NCBI GenBank assembly: GCA_965205025.1
Contig: CBDBFU010000024.1
Location: 1-64,000, forward strand
Direction of reading: 5' to 3'
Source of the DNA: Candidatus Poribacteria bacterium
GTDB lineage: Bacteria; Poribacteria; WGA-4E; WGA-3G
DNA: 64,000 nucleotides
This document shows positions 62,514 to 64,000 of this stretch, in pieces; the first letter of the stretch is position 1, and every line of letters begins with the position of its first letter. Both the position numbers and the translations under genes were made by a program. The notes beneath the pieces are model-generated. The model was not told the origin of the DNA. It saw only the letters and a program-made list of their open reading frames with translations, and made no database searches.

Positions 62514-62927
62514 ATGAGTGACAGAATTGAAGCCACTAATATTGAGGAAGTTGAGGAAGTCCTAAAGCTTTTTAATAATTTTCATGATGATTACCTTGCT
62601 GGGATTGAGATTAAATTTGAAAATTACAAAGGCTTAGATGCCGATGGAATGTCCACAGGGATCAGAAGTGCTGATAAGACAATTATTCTCACTGTCAACA
62701 CCTCCCCTTATGGAAAAGAACATGAACAGTTTGTTAGAGTCGAATTAAAAGATGTCAAATCATTTGAAATCTTATCATCGGCAGAAGATGGTCCAAACTG
62801 GGGAATTCTTGACACACTGATTTTACCTGATAGAATTGGTATCAATTTGGAATTTTATTTCGTATATGGCAGTTCGAAGTTTTTAGTCATTTGCTCCAAA
62901 ATTATCTTTCACAAACAAGTTTCTTGA
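62514..62927 (+). CDS. Hypothetical acidic protein (137 aa)
   Basis: GGAGG RBS before ATG 62514; FNNFHDD motif; function unknown. Confidence 0.7.
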   Translation: MSDRIEATNIEEVEEVLKLFNNFHDDYLAGIEIKFENYKGLDADGMSTGIRSADKTIILTVNTSPYGKEHEQFVRVELKDVKSFEILSSAEDGPNWGILDTLILPDRIGINLEFYFVYGSSKFLVICSKIIFHKQVS

Positions 62928-63119
62928 AAGATGCTTTGCAATGTGGGCTGTCTGCAGTGTAGTTGATATAGAATCAAGAGGAGTGACTTTGTCATAAAGT
63001 GTATTGCCTCATTTCTCGTCTGATGGTACGCTTCGGGCATCAAGTATCTCATGATTAATGCACAATCACTGTATTGGATATTGTACAGCAAAAGGTGTTA
63101 TATTCTTTTCAGAAAAAGT

Positions 63120-63345
63120 TATCTTCATGCAGAAATTTCTCCTATTCACTTTTACTAATGGCATGCATCTTACTTTAAAAAATGATTTTGAAGTCCAAGT
63201 CAAGTCGGTAGGAGATGTAGAGCTGCTTACTATACTACCATGGGAACTTGGCGATTTACATTCACTAACATTCTCATCTGACGGTAAAACACTCTGTACG
63301 GGATAACGACAATTTGGTGGAGTCATCCTATGAGATGTTACAACC
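63120..63345 (+). pseudogene. Probable WD40 remnant
   Basis: LHSLTFSSDGKTLCTG-stop followed by GGVIL-stop-DVTT, a degraded WD repeat. Confidence 0.35.
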
Positions 63346-63452
63346 CATCGTCCACCACATGTTATTATTGAACACACGTTATATCTACTCCTATGCTGAG
63401 TAATCACTCAGCATGTTGCAGATAAATTTGATCAAAAGGACAAATTACTTGT

Positions 63453-64000
63453 ATGAATAAAAACAATTTCACTGTTTGGGAACTGCCACAGGATGCGATT
63501 GCCCGCTTTGGACGGGGTCACGTAAATGATTTAGCAGTTTCCGCAGATGGAATATACTTTGCAGTTGGTAGTTGGACAGGTGTGTGGTGGTATGACCTCA
63601 CCACACATCTGCCCATTACGTTGTTTGAAACGGAGCGAGGCATGATCGGAGGCTACATGACTCTCTGTTCAGAGCAACCGTGGTTGGCAGTGAGAAACAC
63701 GGGCAAAAATGGAGAAGATGAGGTTATTAAGATATGGGATATGCAAAGACAGCAACGGATCGCTGTCATGGAATCTCCTGTGAGGTTAAGGGACGATCCA
63801 CCTCAAAATAATTTATGCAGATGCAGCCTCTGTTTTTCTCCATCAGGACAATGGCTTGCTGCAAGTCGCGATGGTAGTGTTATTGTTGATGTCTGGCAGT
63901 CGTTAACCGGTAGACTACATACATCGCTGGGATTACCTGCTGAAGAGATAGAGTTATGTAGCGTAAATGGCTGGCCTGAAAACGGATTCAGTTGGTATTT
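63453..64000 (+). CDS. WD40 repeat protein, 3' partial (paralog of 60125-62206)
   Basis: ATG 63453 reads MNKNNFTVWELPQDAIARFGRG...GVWWYD...LFETERGMI and stays open to the window end. Confidence 0.85.
   Translation, partial: MNKNNFTVWELPQDAIARFGRGHVNDLAVSADGIYFAVGSWTGVWWYDLTTHLPITLFETERGMIGGYMTLCSEQPWLAVRNTGKNGEDEVIKIWDMQRQQRIAVMESPVRLRDDPPQNNLCRCSLCFSPSGQWLAASRDGSVIVDVWQSLTGRLHTSLGLPAEEIELCSVNGWPENGFSWY

Overview
AT-rich bacterial window whose gene content points to Candidatus Poribacteria (inference): LamG and malectin-like proteins ending in a shared K-L-x-x-TWG-x-LK tail, an ECF sigma-WD40 fusion, WD40 proteins starting with W-x-LP-x-GA-x-AR-x-G-x-G, and planctomycete-type DUF1501/DUF1549/DUF1553 genes. 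In order: a frameshifted beta-propeller gene and a probable outer-membrane protein (1-5.2 kb); a tandemly duplicated, partly deleted BlaI/BlaR1-type cassette feeding a DUF1501-PQQ propeller-DUF1549/1553-cytochrome c/WD40 operon (6.7-19.2 kb); a 1.1 kb TIR-bounded element; FG-GAP and malectin-like genes; five tandem Gfo/Idh/MocA paralogs with an orphan Rpn C-terminal ORF among them; a two-gene Mrr-like nuclease-STAND NTPase plus HEPN locus that is the best candidate for an undescribed anti-phage system (33.3-38.1 kb); catabolic genes; and a WD40 cluster interrupted by IS701-, IS4-like and IS630 elements. Several MITE/REP families recur throughout, including nested copies. No rRNA, tRNA, CRISPR array or reverse transcriptase was seen. 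Many single-base frameshifts, mostly in the first 8 kb, may be sequencing errors. All family calls are from motifs read by eye, not database searches.
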